From assembly GCA_041695225.1 (NCBI GenBank), contig JBGFRI010000005.1, positions 37,272 to 101,271 on the forward strand: a stretch of 64,000 bases of DNA, given 5' to 3'. The position numbers were made by a program, and so were the translations under genes. Positions within the stretch are counted from its first letter, which is position 1. Every line of letters begins with the position of its first letter. This document shows, piece after piece, positions 31,859 to 42,798 of this stretch. A model generated the notes under the pieces. That model made no database searches, was not told the DNA's origin, and saw only the letters and a program-made list of their open reading frames with translations. This DNA is from Deinococcota bacterium (GTDB lineage Bacteria > Deinococcota > Deinococci > Deinococcales > Thermaceae).

Positions 31859-32612
31859 CGAATTCTTGCGTACCTCCATTGTCTTCAGACGCTACTTTGG
31901 TGAGTCGCTGAGCGGGCTGCTGGTTCTGACTCTTATTTTTTATGGTATTTTTCTGGGTTCAACCTACCTGGCTGGCCCTGTAGCCCAGTTTGGCAATCGG
32001 CTGGAGTCGCTGGTGGTTGGGTTTATTGCCTGGACTCTATTCATAATTGCCTTTTCCGGTATCGGCAATGGCATCTCGGAAGAAGCGCAAACAGGCGTAC
32101 TGGAGCAAGTTTTTATGGCAGCCCACCCGCCTTTGGTTGTTTTCTTAGCCCGTGCTTTGGCTGCGCTTTTATTTGTTCTCATACTCAACTCGCTGGTGCT
32201 CGCAATTCTGGTTTTATTAACAGGGGTAAAACTCCAGCTGCCCTGGGAAATTGTTCCAGTGGTAGCGACTGTCCTACTCGCGGCCTATGGTCTGGGTTTC
32301 ATGCTGGGAGCAGTAGCCCTGGTATGGAAAAGGATTACTCAGCTCATCAGCCTGCTCCAGTTTGCCCTCCTGTTTGTCCTGGTGACTCCATTTGAGCAAT
32401 TAAATCTCGCCAGTAACTGGGTTTTATACGTGTTACCCGCAGCCCCGGGAGTTAGCCAGATGCGGGAGATCATGGCCCGTGGCGAACCATTGGAAATTGC
32501 AGGTTTATTGGTTTCTGCAGTAAACGGAGCGGCCTTCTTCGCTCTTGGTGCACTGCTATTCAACTGGTCGGTGAGGTATGTACGAAAGAAGGGGCTCACG
32601 AGCGGCTACTAA
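31839..32612 (+). CDS. ABC-2 type permease
   Basis: About 6 TM segments; EEAQTGVLEQVF motif. Confidence 0.88.
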   Translation: MFRLVHNEFLRTSIVFRRYFGESLSGLLVLTLIFYGIFLGSTYLAGPVAQFGNRLESLVVGFIAWTLFIIAFSGIGNGISEEAQTGVLEQVFMAAHPPLVVFLARALAALLFVLILNSLVLAILVLLTGVKLQLPWEIVPVVATVLLAAYGLGFMLGAVALVWKRITQLISLLQFALLFVLVTPFEQLNLASNWVLYVLPAAPGVSQMREIMARGEPLEIAGLLVSAVNGAAFFALGALLFNWSVRYVRKKGLTSGY

Positions 32613-32689
32613 CCGCAAACCAGTGGATTTGGCTACCTGAAGCCTCTGCTTGAAGCCGGCCTCGCGAATGATCTCGCCCTTGGTTCTAC

Positions 32690-32983
32690 CCTACCAAGAA
32701 ACTCCCTTCCGTTTTGGCGCCAAGGGTGCATACAGCTCATAGAAAACTCCCTTCCTACGGGGCTCTTTCACCCCCTTACTAAGGGGGGTTGGGGGGATCG
32801 GGAGGGTGGGTACGGTGATTTATAGAGCCTGCGATACCGCTGCAAGTTTTCCCTGGAACAATCCCCCGGCTTGCTGACGCTCGCCACCCCCCTTGTTAGG
32901 GGGGGCATCCCCAGGTCGCAAAAACCTGCCAAGAAACTCCCTTGGGTTTGGTCGCCACAGGTACGCGGGGCTCATGGAAAACT
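32690..32983 (-). repeat. ~295-bp interspersed element, copy B (inverted relative to 8909-9206)
   Basis: e.g. GGGGGGATCGGGAGGGTGGGTACGGTGATTTATAGAG is the exact reverse complement of the copy A segment. Confidence 0.85.
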
Positions 32984-33058
32984 CACTTGACCATCCAGCA
33001 CCCCGACGGACACCGCCTGGCCCTGAGAGGTTACGCCTGACAAAACACTTCTGCAAGG

Positions 33059-35086
<2,028 letters not shown>

Positions 35087-35218
35087 TCATAGGTAGCATG
35101 ACTGATAAAAAAGCCCAGAATAGTCGCCAGAGGGGTTGTTTTATCGGTTTAGCACAGGTTTGTGCAGAAGTGCCTTGAATGGTGGCGTCAGTCCTAATTC
35201 CGATGGAAGCAAAATGCC

Positions 35219-36136
35219 CTAGCGCTTGATCGAACCCACCGCGCTGATGGCCTGCTCGCTCGAGCCGGTATTCAGGCGCAAGCGTTTGCCCAGTTCTCGC
35301 CACCAGATATACGCTGGGCTGTCGAGGCGTTTGACCTGCTCCAGGTCGGCATCCCGTCGCCACAGCTTGAGCCGCAACAAAAACAGATTCAAGAAGAGAT
35401 CGCGGTACTCCGCACTCGCACGCCCCATGTGAAAGTGGAAACGCAGCCCCCGGTGCTGAGAGAAAGAGATGATCATGGGCACCCCCTCGGGGCCTTCGAC
35501 TGGAATTTCCACACTGCTGTCGGAGAAGGTCGAGGCGGTGAACTCGTACTCCTCCTGGATCATGCCCAGTTCGCGCAGCACCAGGGCAAAGGCCCGCATC
35601 TCGAGCCCGTTGATCTCGCGGTAGATACGATCGATCAGGTCGAAGGTTGAGCTGTAATGAAACTGCTCCCCGGACTCTCGGGCCCACCACATAGCGTACT
35701 GGCCCTTGGGCGGGCTTAGCGCAGCCTGGATGTAGAGCCGGTCCCGATGGGTAACCGGCTCTATGGCCTCGGGGTAAATGGCCAGCAGATCGTCGGTGCT
35801 ATAGAAGACCGGGCGGATGCGCCCCCATTTCTGGGCCAGCTCCTGCACGGCCACATAGTGGGCGGCGGCTTTTTCATCGGGGATCGGGTAGAAAAAGAGT
35901 TCATATTCGCCGTCCTCGGCCCGCACCCGCAGCGGAATTTCCAGCACCCCTTCTCTGGTCAGGCGCAGCACATCGGCCTCGAGCACCTGGATGCCCGAGT
36001 TATGAAAGACCGTCTCCACCGTGGTAGCAAAGATCAGGTGATTGGCCGTCCTGGCCTCGGGCGCCCGGCTGGTAATCAGACCCTCGAGCCTAACCTGGGG
36101 CCAGTGATCTGGGGCGTTGGTATATAGCTCTGGCAT
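35219..36136 (-). CDS. Conserved hypothetical protein
   Basis: 305-aa ORF with GGGGAG RBS and host-like codon usage; no motif recognised. Confidence 0.75.
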   Translation of the reverse strand: MPELYTNAPDHWPQVRLEGLITSRAPEARTANHLIFATTVETVFHNSGIQVLEADVLRLTREGVLEIPLRVRAEDGEYELFFYPIPDEKAAAHYVAVQELAQKWGRIRPVFYSTDDLLAIYPEAIEPVTHRDRLYIQAALSPPKGQYAMWWARESGEQFHYSSTFDLIDRIYREINGLEMRAFALVLRELGMIQEEYEFTASTFSDSSVEIPVEGPEGVPMIISFSQHRGLRFHFHMGRASAEYRDLFLNLFLLRLKLWRRDADLEQVKRLDSPAYIWWRELGKRLRLNTGSSEQAISAVGSIKR

Positions 36137-36389
36137 CTCCCCTCAGGCACCATATTAGCCAGGTTCCTACCGGCTTCCTGTGACATTTGAGAACTGCCGG
36201 GTTGGTCTGGGAGTATCCCCCTGTTGGCGGTGGTTGTAGATTATCGCTCAGTAAAGAACCAGCTGGCGTAGTACGCACGCCCCTCGATAAATACACGGTG
36301 GGGTACACGGCCCGGCTCATTCGCATGGTCTAAGACTTCCATGGTGTGGAAAGCGATCTATTTGCAGCCGCTGCCGTCAGCCAGGCCCC

Positions 36390-36429
36390 TAGGCGAGTCG
36401 CTTACGCGATTCCGGCAAAGCCGTAACCT
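36390..36429 (+). mobile_element. 40-nt element, copy 1 (identical to the insertion in vapC)
   Basis: TAGGCGAGTCGCTTACGCGATTCCGGCAAAGCCGTAACCT; CCTAG at both ends here. Confidence 0.85.
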
Positions 36430-36500
36430 AGTGCTACTGGCTGGTCTTCCCATGACATATCAGGAATAGGCTTTCGTGGAGTTAGGCCTCGAGGTTACCC

Positions 36501-37334
36501 ATGAACGAAACCACTGCCAAGCAGTCTGCACCTCTGTTGGGTGCAGCCATGCCCATTCGCTCAATCGCCGCTCACCGCGACTGGCTGCTGGAGGAAGGCG
36601 GGCGCGACCTGGAGATACAGGACAGTTTTCATGCACGGGCGCTGGACAGCGACTGGGCGCCACTGGTAGCCCAGGCCAGGACTGCGCTGGACGGTTATGC
36701 CGGGAGGCTGGGCATCCACGGCCCCTACGACGGCCTGTCCATTGCCAGCACCGACCCGGCGGTACAGCAGTTTGTGGCGGGGCGCTACCTGAGGGCGCTG
36801 GAGTTTGCCGCGGCGCTGGGTGCAACTCACATGGTAATCCACAGCCCCTTCTTGTTTTTTGGTCATCCACAGGTGGCTCACTCACCGGAAAACGGGCTGG
36901 CGCAGGAGCTCGAGGCCGCCCATCAGACCCTGGCCAGCGTACTCTCGGTAGCCAGCGGCCTGGGCCTGACCCTGGTGATTGAGAACATCTGCGACACCAA
37001 CCCCGCCCCCCTGCTGGAGCTGGTGCGCTCCTTTGACTCCCCCTGGGTTCGGCTCGGCCTGGATGTCGGACATGTACATCTGATGCAGCGCATTGGCGGC
37101 CCCACCCCCGACGCATGGGTGCGCCAGGCCCGGAGCCTGTTGGGGCACCTGCACCTGCAAGACAACGATGGAACCTACGACTATCACTGGAACCCGGGCC
37201 AGGGCGGGGTCAACTGGTGGGCATTGTTCGCTGCACTGGCCGAGACTGCTGGCGCCCCCCGGCTCATCCTGGAAACCAAAGGCTCGGTGCTACCTGCTGC
37301 ACACTGGCTGGCCAGGCAGGGCTTTGCTCGCTAA
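36501..37334 (+). CDS. Xylose-isomerase-like / AP-endonuclease-2 TIM-barrel metalloprotein
   Basis: IHGP, IHSP, IENI, LDVGH, HLHLQDN, DYH, LET: endonuclease IV-type metal-ligand pattern. Confidence 0.8.
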   Translation: MNETTAKQSAPLLGAAMPIRSIAAHRDWLLEEGGRDLEIQDSFHARALDSDWAPLVAQARTALDGYAGRLGIHGPYDGLSIASTDPAVQQFVAGRYLRALEFAAALGATHMVIHSPFLFFGHPQVAHSPENGLAQELEAAHQTLASVLSVASGLGLTLVIENICDTNPAPLLELVRSFDSPWVRLGLDVGHVHLMQRIGGPTPDAWVRQARSLLGHLHLQDNDGTYDYHWNPGQGGVNWWALFAALAETAGAPRLILETKGSVLPAAHWLARQGFAR

Positions 37335-37582
37335 GGCATTCAGGACCAAGGCGGGCCGGATGCCAGGACCAGGGGAAAAGTGGTCAGACGGTTGCGATTT
37401 CTCTGTCCTGACGCAGCACAGGTCTGGCCTGCGCTGACCGCTGCTTGACACAGGCAAAATATACATTGGTCTGTGCAGATATTAGCCAGCCGGAAGCCCG
37501 GCGCTCAGGGCCCGGAGTATACCCAGTATCCCGAACCATTCGCCGGCCAGCAAGACTCAACCAGCCCCTGTGGAGGTTTGCC

Positions 37583-38017
37583 GTGGCAGAGGCGCTAGAC
37601 CAGGGCGCTATCCTGAGCCTGCTTTGCCGGGCGCCCGCACCGGCGGTAAAAGCTCTGGCCGATCAGATCCTGCCCACCCTGGCCCAGCAGGGCAGCCTCG
37701 AGGTGGTGCATAACCGCACCGGGCTGGTCATGCTGCCCTACCGCGATACCGTTCAGGGGGTCTTGTTTCACCTGGGCGAGGCGCTGATGGCCGAGGGACA
37801 GGTGCGGCAGGCCGGGTTTACCGGCTACGGGGCATGTCTGGGACGCGATCTGGAACAGGCCCTGGCGGTGGCACTGCTCGATCTGGCCGTGCAGCAGGGG
37901 GTGGGCCTGGACAAAATTCAGCCCTTTCTGGCCGAGGAGTCGCTGCGCCAGCAGGCCGAGCAAGACCAGTTGCTGCGCAAGGTAGAAGCTACCCGGGTGC
38001 AGATGGAGACCTTCTGA
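37583..38017 (+). CDS. phnG: C-P lyase subunit PhnG
   Basis: GGAGG + GTG; RTGLVMLPYRD...FHLGEALMAE...KVEATRVQMETF; TGATG overlap with phnH. Confidence 0.85.
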   Translation: MAEALDQGAILSLLCRAPAPAVKALADQILPTLAQQGSLEVVHNRTGLVMLPYRDTVQGVLFHLGEALMAEGQVRQAGFTGYGACLGRDLEQALAVALLDLAVQQGVGLDKIQPFLAEESLRQQAEQDQLLRKVEATRVQMETF

Positions 38018-38556
38018 TGGCCCCTGTCCAGACCCCCCTCGAGGCCCGCACCCAGGCCAGCTTCCGCGCCATGACGCAGGCCCTGGCCTACCCCGGCCAG
38101 CTTTTTCCGCTGCCCGAAAGCCCCCAGCCACTGTTTTTGCTGGGCGAGGTGCTGGCCGACCAGGAGACCCGCTGCTACACCCCCGATACCGACTTACTGC
38201 GGTTGCTGCGGGATACCGGGGCGCGCCTGGCAGAACCGGCGGAGGCCGACTACCTCTTCTTCCCCAGGGTGGAGGAGGCCAGCCTGGCCCAGATTGCCCT
38301 GGCCCGGCGTGGCGAGCTGCTCTACCCCGACCGCGCCGCCACCCTGGTGCTGGGCGTGAGCGCCAGCGGCCCGGCCCGTCGCTGGTCTGGTCCTGGCATC
38401 AAAGGGGAGCAGCTGGTCAGGCTGGGTGGGCTGCCCGAAGAATTCTGGCGACTGCGCCAGCAGGCCGTGCACTACCCGCTGGGCTGGGATGTGTTTTTTG
38501 TGCTGGGAAGCCAGGTGCTGGGGCTGCCCCGCACCACCAGCGTGGAGGTGAGCTAG
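38017..38556 (+). CDS. phnH: C-P lyase subunit PhnH
   Basis: QASFRAMTQALAYPG, YPDRAATL, SGPGIK, YPLGWD, GLPRTT. Confidence 0.9.
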   Translation: MAPVQTPLEARTQASFRAMTQALAYPGQLFPLPESPQPLFLLGEVLADQETRCYTPDTDLLRLLRDTGARLAEPAEADYLFFPRVEEASLAQIALARRGELLYPDRAATLVLGVSASGPARRWSGPGIKGEQLVRLGGLPEEFWRLRQQAVHYPLGWDVFFVLGSQVLGLPRTTSVEVS

Positions 38557-39651
38557 ATGGCCTATGTTGCAGCCAGAGGCGGTGAGCAGGCCATCCAGGA
38601 AGCCGAGCGGCTTTTCGCCGAGCTACGGGGCGGGCTGAGCCCGGGGCGGGTTTTGGCCGTGCAAGAAGCCCTGCCTTACCTGCTAGACCGGGTGATGGGC
38701 GAGGCCTCGCTTTATGCCCCCGAGCTGGCCGCCCTGGCCCTGGCCCAGACTGGGGGCGAGCTTTACGAAGCGGTGCTGCTGCTGCGGGCCTACCGCACCA
38801 CCCAGCCCCGCCTGGGCTATGCCCAGCCGGTGGAGCAGGACCAGCTTCTCACCCTGCGCCGCATCTCGGCCGCCTTCAAAGACCTGCCAGGTGGGCAGGT
38901 GCTGGGCCCTACCCTGGACTACTCCCACCGGGTCTTGCGGCTGGAGGTGGTCAAAAACGGTGCAACCCTGCTCGAGCAGGCTAGTCTGGCCCAGCAGCCC
39001 GCCCCGCCCCATTACCCGGCCCTGGCGGCCTGGCAGCGCCAGGCCGGCCTCTTGCCCGCCCACACGCCCGATCAGACCCCGCTGGACGAGATACCCGACC
39101 TGACCCGCGAGCCGCTCTTGTTCCCGGCGCCCAGAGCCCATCAGCTTCAAGGGCTGGCCCGGGGCGATACCGGCGGCATTCTGACCCTGGGCTACGCCGA
39201 TATGCGCGGCTACGGCATCAGCCACCCCACCATCAACGAGGTAAGGCTGGGCGAAGCCGAGGTGCGGCTCTGCCACCCTGGCACCGGGTCAGTTTTCAGC
39301 GCGGGGCGGGTACGGGTCTCGCAGGCCGAGATTGTGAGCAAGTTTGCCGGCTCTGCCGAGAAGCCCGAGCTCGAGCTGGGCTTTGCCGCTACCCTGGGCT
39401 GGAACGAGGTCAAGGTAATTGCCGCGGCCATGCTCGAGCTGAACATGCGCTCCCCCGAGCCGCACCCCGCCCATACTGCCGAGTTTGTGCTCTACCACAC
39501 CGAGCCGGTAGAGGCCTCGGGCTTCTGTATCCACTACAAACTGCCGCACTACGTGACCTTCCAGTCGGCCCTCGAGGCCATGCGCCGGGTGCGCGAGCAG
39601 CCCGGGCCACCGCAGCAGGCCCAGGAAGAGCCCCAGGAGGTAGAGCCATGA
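38557..39651 (+). CDS. phnI: C-P lyase subunit PhnI
   Basis: MAYVAARGGEQAI, RRISAAFKDLPGGQVLGPT, HPTINE, GFCIHYKLPHYVTFQS. Confidence 0.95.
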   Translation: MAYVAARGGEQAIQEAERLFAELRGGLSPGRVLAVQEALPYLLDRVMGEASLYAPELAALALAQTGGELYEAVLLLRAYRTTQPRLGYAQPVEQDQLLTLRRISAAFKDLPGGQVLGPTLDYSHRVLRLEVVKNGATLLEQASLAQQPAPPHYPALAAWQRQAGLLPAHTPDQTPLDEIPDLTREPLLFPAPRAHQLQGLARGDTGGILTLGYADMRGYGISHPTINEVRLGEAEVRLCHPGTGSVFSAGRVRVSQAEIVSKFAGSAEKPELELGFAATLGWNEVKVIAAAMLELNMRSPEPHPAHTAEFVLYHTEPVEASGFCIHYKLPHYVTFQSALEAMRRVREQPGPPQQAQEEPQEVEP

Positions 39652-40568
39652 AACTGGCCGACCTGGTCCAGCCCTGGCAGGACCACAGCTACGCCTTCTT
39701 AGACCAGTCGGCGAAGCGCGAACTGCGCCGCAAGATTCTCAAGGCCATCGCCCTGCCCGGCTACCAGGTACCCTACGCCAGCCGCGAGGTGCCCATGGCC
39801 CGGGGCTGGGGTACGGGGGGCCTGCAGGTCACCCTGGCCCTGGTGGGCCCTGGCGATGTGCTAAAGGTGATTGACCAGGGGGCCGACGACTCGGTCAATG
39901 CCGCCAGCCTGCGCCGCTTTGTGGCCCGCATGACCGGGGTCAAGACCACCACCGATGCCCTGGCTGCCACCATTATCCAAAGCCGCCACCGCATTCCCGA
40001 GGAAATTCTGCAAGAAGGGCAGGTGCTGGTCTTGCAGGTGCCCGACCCCGAGCCGCTGCGGTCGGTGGAGCCCAACATCTCCCAGGCCCGCCAGATGCAC
40101 GCCGATGCGGACTACGGGCTGATCTGGCTCAAGCTCTACGAGCAGCTGGTGCGTTACCGGCGGATCATCCAGGGGGCCAGCTACCCGGCGCTGGTGCATG
40201 GGCGCTACGTGATGAGCCCCAGCCCGATCCCCCGCTGGGACCTGCCCAAGCTGCACCAGGCCAAAAGCCTGACCCTGCTCTCGGCCGGGCGCGAGAAGCG
40301 GCTCTACGCGGTGCCTCCCTATACCGAGGTGCGGCCCCTGGCCTTTGACGACGTGCCCTTCCAGGTCGAGGATCAGCGGGCTTTTGCCTGTTTTCGCACC
40401 GGGGTGCGCCACAAGTTTTTGAACGAGCTGCCGCAGGACGACGGCTCGGCGCTCTACGAGCTTTCCGACTCGGGCTATGGCGAGAAGATTCTGCGCCAGG
40501 CCGCAACCGGCCCTACCTACTTCGACCAGCAGGGGAGGTTTTACCATGACGGCTACCTGCGCGACTGA
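39648..40568 (+). CDS. phnJ: PhnJ homologue lacking three of four conserved cysteines
   Basis: KAIALPGYQVPYASRE, GWGTGGLQ, IDQGADD, QSRHRIPE, SPIPRWD, GREKRLYAVPP; C-terminal CFRTG...YELSDSGYG. Confidence 0.93.
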   Translation: MKLADLVQPWQDHSYAFLDQSAKRELRRKILKAIALPGYQVPYASREVPMARGWGTGGLQVTLALVGPGDVLKVIDQGADDSVNAASLRRFVARMTGVKTTTDALAATIIQSRHRIPEEILQEGQVLVLQVPDPEPLRSVEPNISQARQMHADADYGLIWLKLYEQLVRYRRIIQGASYPALVHGRYVMSPSPIPRWDLPKLHQAKSLTLLSAGREKRLYAVPPYTEVRPLAFDDVPFQVEDQRAFACFRTGVRHKFLNELPQDDGSALYELSDSGYGEKILRQAATGPTYFDQQGRFYHDGYLRD

Positions 40569-41361
40569 GCCGCTTCTGCCGCCAAAGCTGGTTAGTTTGC
40601 AGCCGCTCTTGCGGGCCGAGGGGCTGTACCGCCGTTACGGGGCGGTAAGCGCCCTGGAAAACGTTTCGCTCGAGGTCTACCCCCGCGAGGTACTGGGGGT
40701 GGTGGGCGAGAGCGGCTCGGGCAAGAGCACCCTTTTGCGGCTTTTGAACCTGGAAGAGACCCCCGATGCCGGGGTGTATAACCTGGAGCTGGACGGGTAT
40801 CGGGAGGCCAACCTGTTCGCCCTGGACCGCTACGCCCGCCGCGAGCTGCGGGTGCGGCATATCGGCATCGTCTACCAGAACCCCTACCTGGGCCTGCGTA
40901 TGCGCAACACCTCCTCGGGCAATGTGGCCGAGCGGCTGGTGTTGGGTGGCGAGCGCAACTTTGCCCGGCTGCGCCAGGTGGCCCAGAGCTCGCTGGCAGC
41001 CTCGGAGTTCCCCTTGCAGAGGATGGACGCACCCCCCATTCAGCTTTCGGGGGGAATGCAGCAACGGGTGCAGCTGGCCAAGGCCATCGCCCTGCGGCCG
41101 GCCCTGCTGCTACTGGACGAGCCCACCACCGGGCTGGATGTCTCGGTGCAGGCCCTGGTGCTAGACACCCTGCGCCGGCTGCGCCGCGAGCTGGGGGTGG
41201 CCATGCTGGTGGTCTCGCACGACCTGGGGGTGATCCGCACCCTTTGTGACCGGGTGCTGGTGATGCGCCACGGGCAGGTGGTGGAGAGCGGCCTGGTAGA
41301 CCAGGTGCTCGACGACCCCCAGCACCCCTACACCCAGCAGCTGGTGCACGCCAAACTCTAA
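40546..41361 (+). CDS. phnK: C-P lyase ABC-type ATPase PhnK
   Basis: GESGSGKST, SSGNVAERL, LSGGMQQR, DEPTTGLDVSVQA, DDPQHPYTQQLV. Confidence 0.92.
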   Translation: MTATCATEPLLPPKLVSLQPLLRAEGLYRRYGAVSALENVSLEVYPREVLGVVGESGSGKSTLLRLLNLEETPDAGVYNLELDGYREANLFALDRYARRELRVRHIGIVYQNPYLGLRMRNTSSGNVAERLVLGGERNFARLRQVAQSSLAASEFPLQRMDAPPIQLSGGMQQRVQLAKAIALRPALLLLDEPTTGLDVSVQALVLDTLRRLRRELGVAMLVVSHDLGVIRTLCDRVLVMRHGQVVESGLVDQVLDDPQHPYTQQLVHAKL

Positions 41362-41370
41362 GGGCCCGCC

Positions 41371-41976
41371 ATGAAAAGACTCAGCCCCCATCCCACCATT
41401 CACCCTACCGCAGTTATCAAAAGCTCCAGGCTGGGGGCCTGGTGCGAGGTAGCACAAGAGACCAGTATTGTGGAGTCGGAAATTGGCGATTACAGCTATC
41501 TGATGCAGGGCTGCCAGTTGATTTACACTCAGGTGGGAAAGTTCTGCTCCATTGCCTCGTATGTGCGGCTCAACCCCGGCAACCACCCCTTAGACCGGCC
41601 CACCTCGCACCACCTTACCTACCGCGCCGCCCAGTATGGCCTGGGGCAGGACGAGCAGGCCTTTTTCGAGTGGCGCCGCTCAACCCCCGTGGTCATCGGG
41701 CACGATGTCTGGATCGGCCACAACGCCACGGTAATGCCCGGGGTGAGCGTGGGCCACGGGGCGGCCATTGGCGCGGGGGCGGTGGTAACCAAAGATGTGG
41801 AGCCTTACACCATCGTGGTGGGGGTTCCGGCCAGGCCGCTGCGCCTGCGCTTTAGTCCCGAGATCATCGAGGGCTTGCAGCGCATCGGCTGGTGGGACTG
41901 GCCGCACGAGCTGCTCAAGGAGCGCCTGGCCGACCTGCGAGGGAGCACCCAGGCTTTTGTGGAGAAGTACGCATGA
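41371..41976 (+). CDS. Hexapeptide-repeat acetyltransferase, phosphonate-cluster type
   Basis: IGDYSY, GKFCSIASYVRLNPGNHP, IGHDVWIGH, GAGAVVTKDV. Confidence 0.88.
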   Translation: MKRLSPHPTIHPTAVIKSSRLGAWCEVAQETSIVESEIGDYSYLMQGCQLIYTQVGKFCSIASYVRLNPGNHPLDRPTSHHLTYRAAQYGLGQDEQAFFEWRRSTPVVIGHDVWIGHNATVMPGVSVGHGAAIGAGAVVTKDVEPYTIVVGVPARPLRLRFSPEIIEGLQRIGWWDWPHELLKERLADLRGSTQAFVEKYA

Positions 41977-42755
41977 GGCTGGGCCTGATTGCCGACGTTC
42001 ACGGCAACCTGCCGGCCCTTCGGGCTGTGCTGGATGAGCTAAAAAGACTGAAGGCCGAGCTGGTGCTGTGCGCGGGGGATCTGGTGGCCTACGGGGCCTT
42101 TCCCAACCAGGTGATTGCGCTGCTGCGCCAGCAGGCCATCCCCTGTGTGCTGGGCAACTACGACCAGGCCGCCGCCTGGGACCTGAGCACGGCCAGCTCC
42201 CGGCCCAGCAGCCCGCGCACCGAGCCGCTCAAACGGGCCGCGCTGGCCTGGGCGCAGCAGCAGCTTGGTGAAGATAATCGGCGGTATTTGCGCGGCCTGC
42301 CCTGGCAGATGGAGTACCGGTTCGACCAGCAGACCTACCGCCTGTTACACGCTGGGCCAGAAAAGCTCGATGAGAGCTACAGCCCGCAAGACCAGGCTGG
42401 CCTCTGGCGGCTAGCCTCGAGCCTGAGGGCCGACGTGGTAGTGCTGGGCCACACCCACCAGCCCTTTGCCCAGCAGGTGGGAAAGACCCTGTTCATCAAC
42501 CCCGGGGCAGTCGGGCGCAGCCTGGACGGCGACCCCCGGGCCTCGTTTGCCCTGCTGGAGACCCAGAGTATGAGACTTGAGTTTTTTCGTATTTCCTACG
42601 ACCTCGAGGCCGCAGTGCAGGCTGTGCTAAACAGCGGGATGCCGCGCGAAATCGCCACCCTGCTGCGCTTTGGCCTGCGCCGCATTGAAGATGCTCCCCA
42701 GGGGGTGCGCGTAGCGCATGGAGTGGGTGATGCAGTGGTCGAGGATTTGGAGTGA
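41973..42755 (+). CDS. Calcineurin-like metallophosphoesterase (YfcE/MJ0936-like)
   Basis: DVHGN, GDLV, GNYD, LLHAG, GHTH, NPGAVG. Confidence 0.88.
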   Translation: MRLGLIADVHGNLPALRAVLDELKRLKAELVLCAGDLVAYGAFPNQVIALLRQQAIPCVLGNYDQAAAWDLSTASSRPSSPRTEPLKRAALAWAQQQLGEDNRRYLRGLPWQMEYRFDQQTYRLLHAGPEKLDESYSPQDQAGLWRLASSLRADVVVLGHTHQPFAQQVGKTLFINPGAVGRSLDGDPRASFALLETQSMRLEFFRISYDLEAAVQAVLNSGMPREIATLLRFGLRRIEDAPQGVRVAHGVGDAVVEDLE

Positions 42756-42798
42756 CTAACCGATACTCGCTATGCGAGTAACCTAAGGAGGCTAGCCT

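Noticed and set aside
37380-37480. PhnF operator before phnG
   Set aside because: Only scattered TGGTC half-sites with no palindrome, and no phnF in the window.
37445-37582. N-terminal extension of PhnG
   Set aside because: GGAGG + GTG at 37583 gives a normal-length PhnG; the extension looks non-coding.
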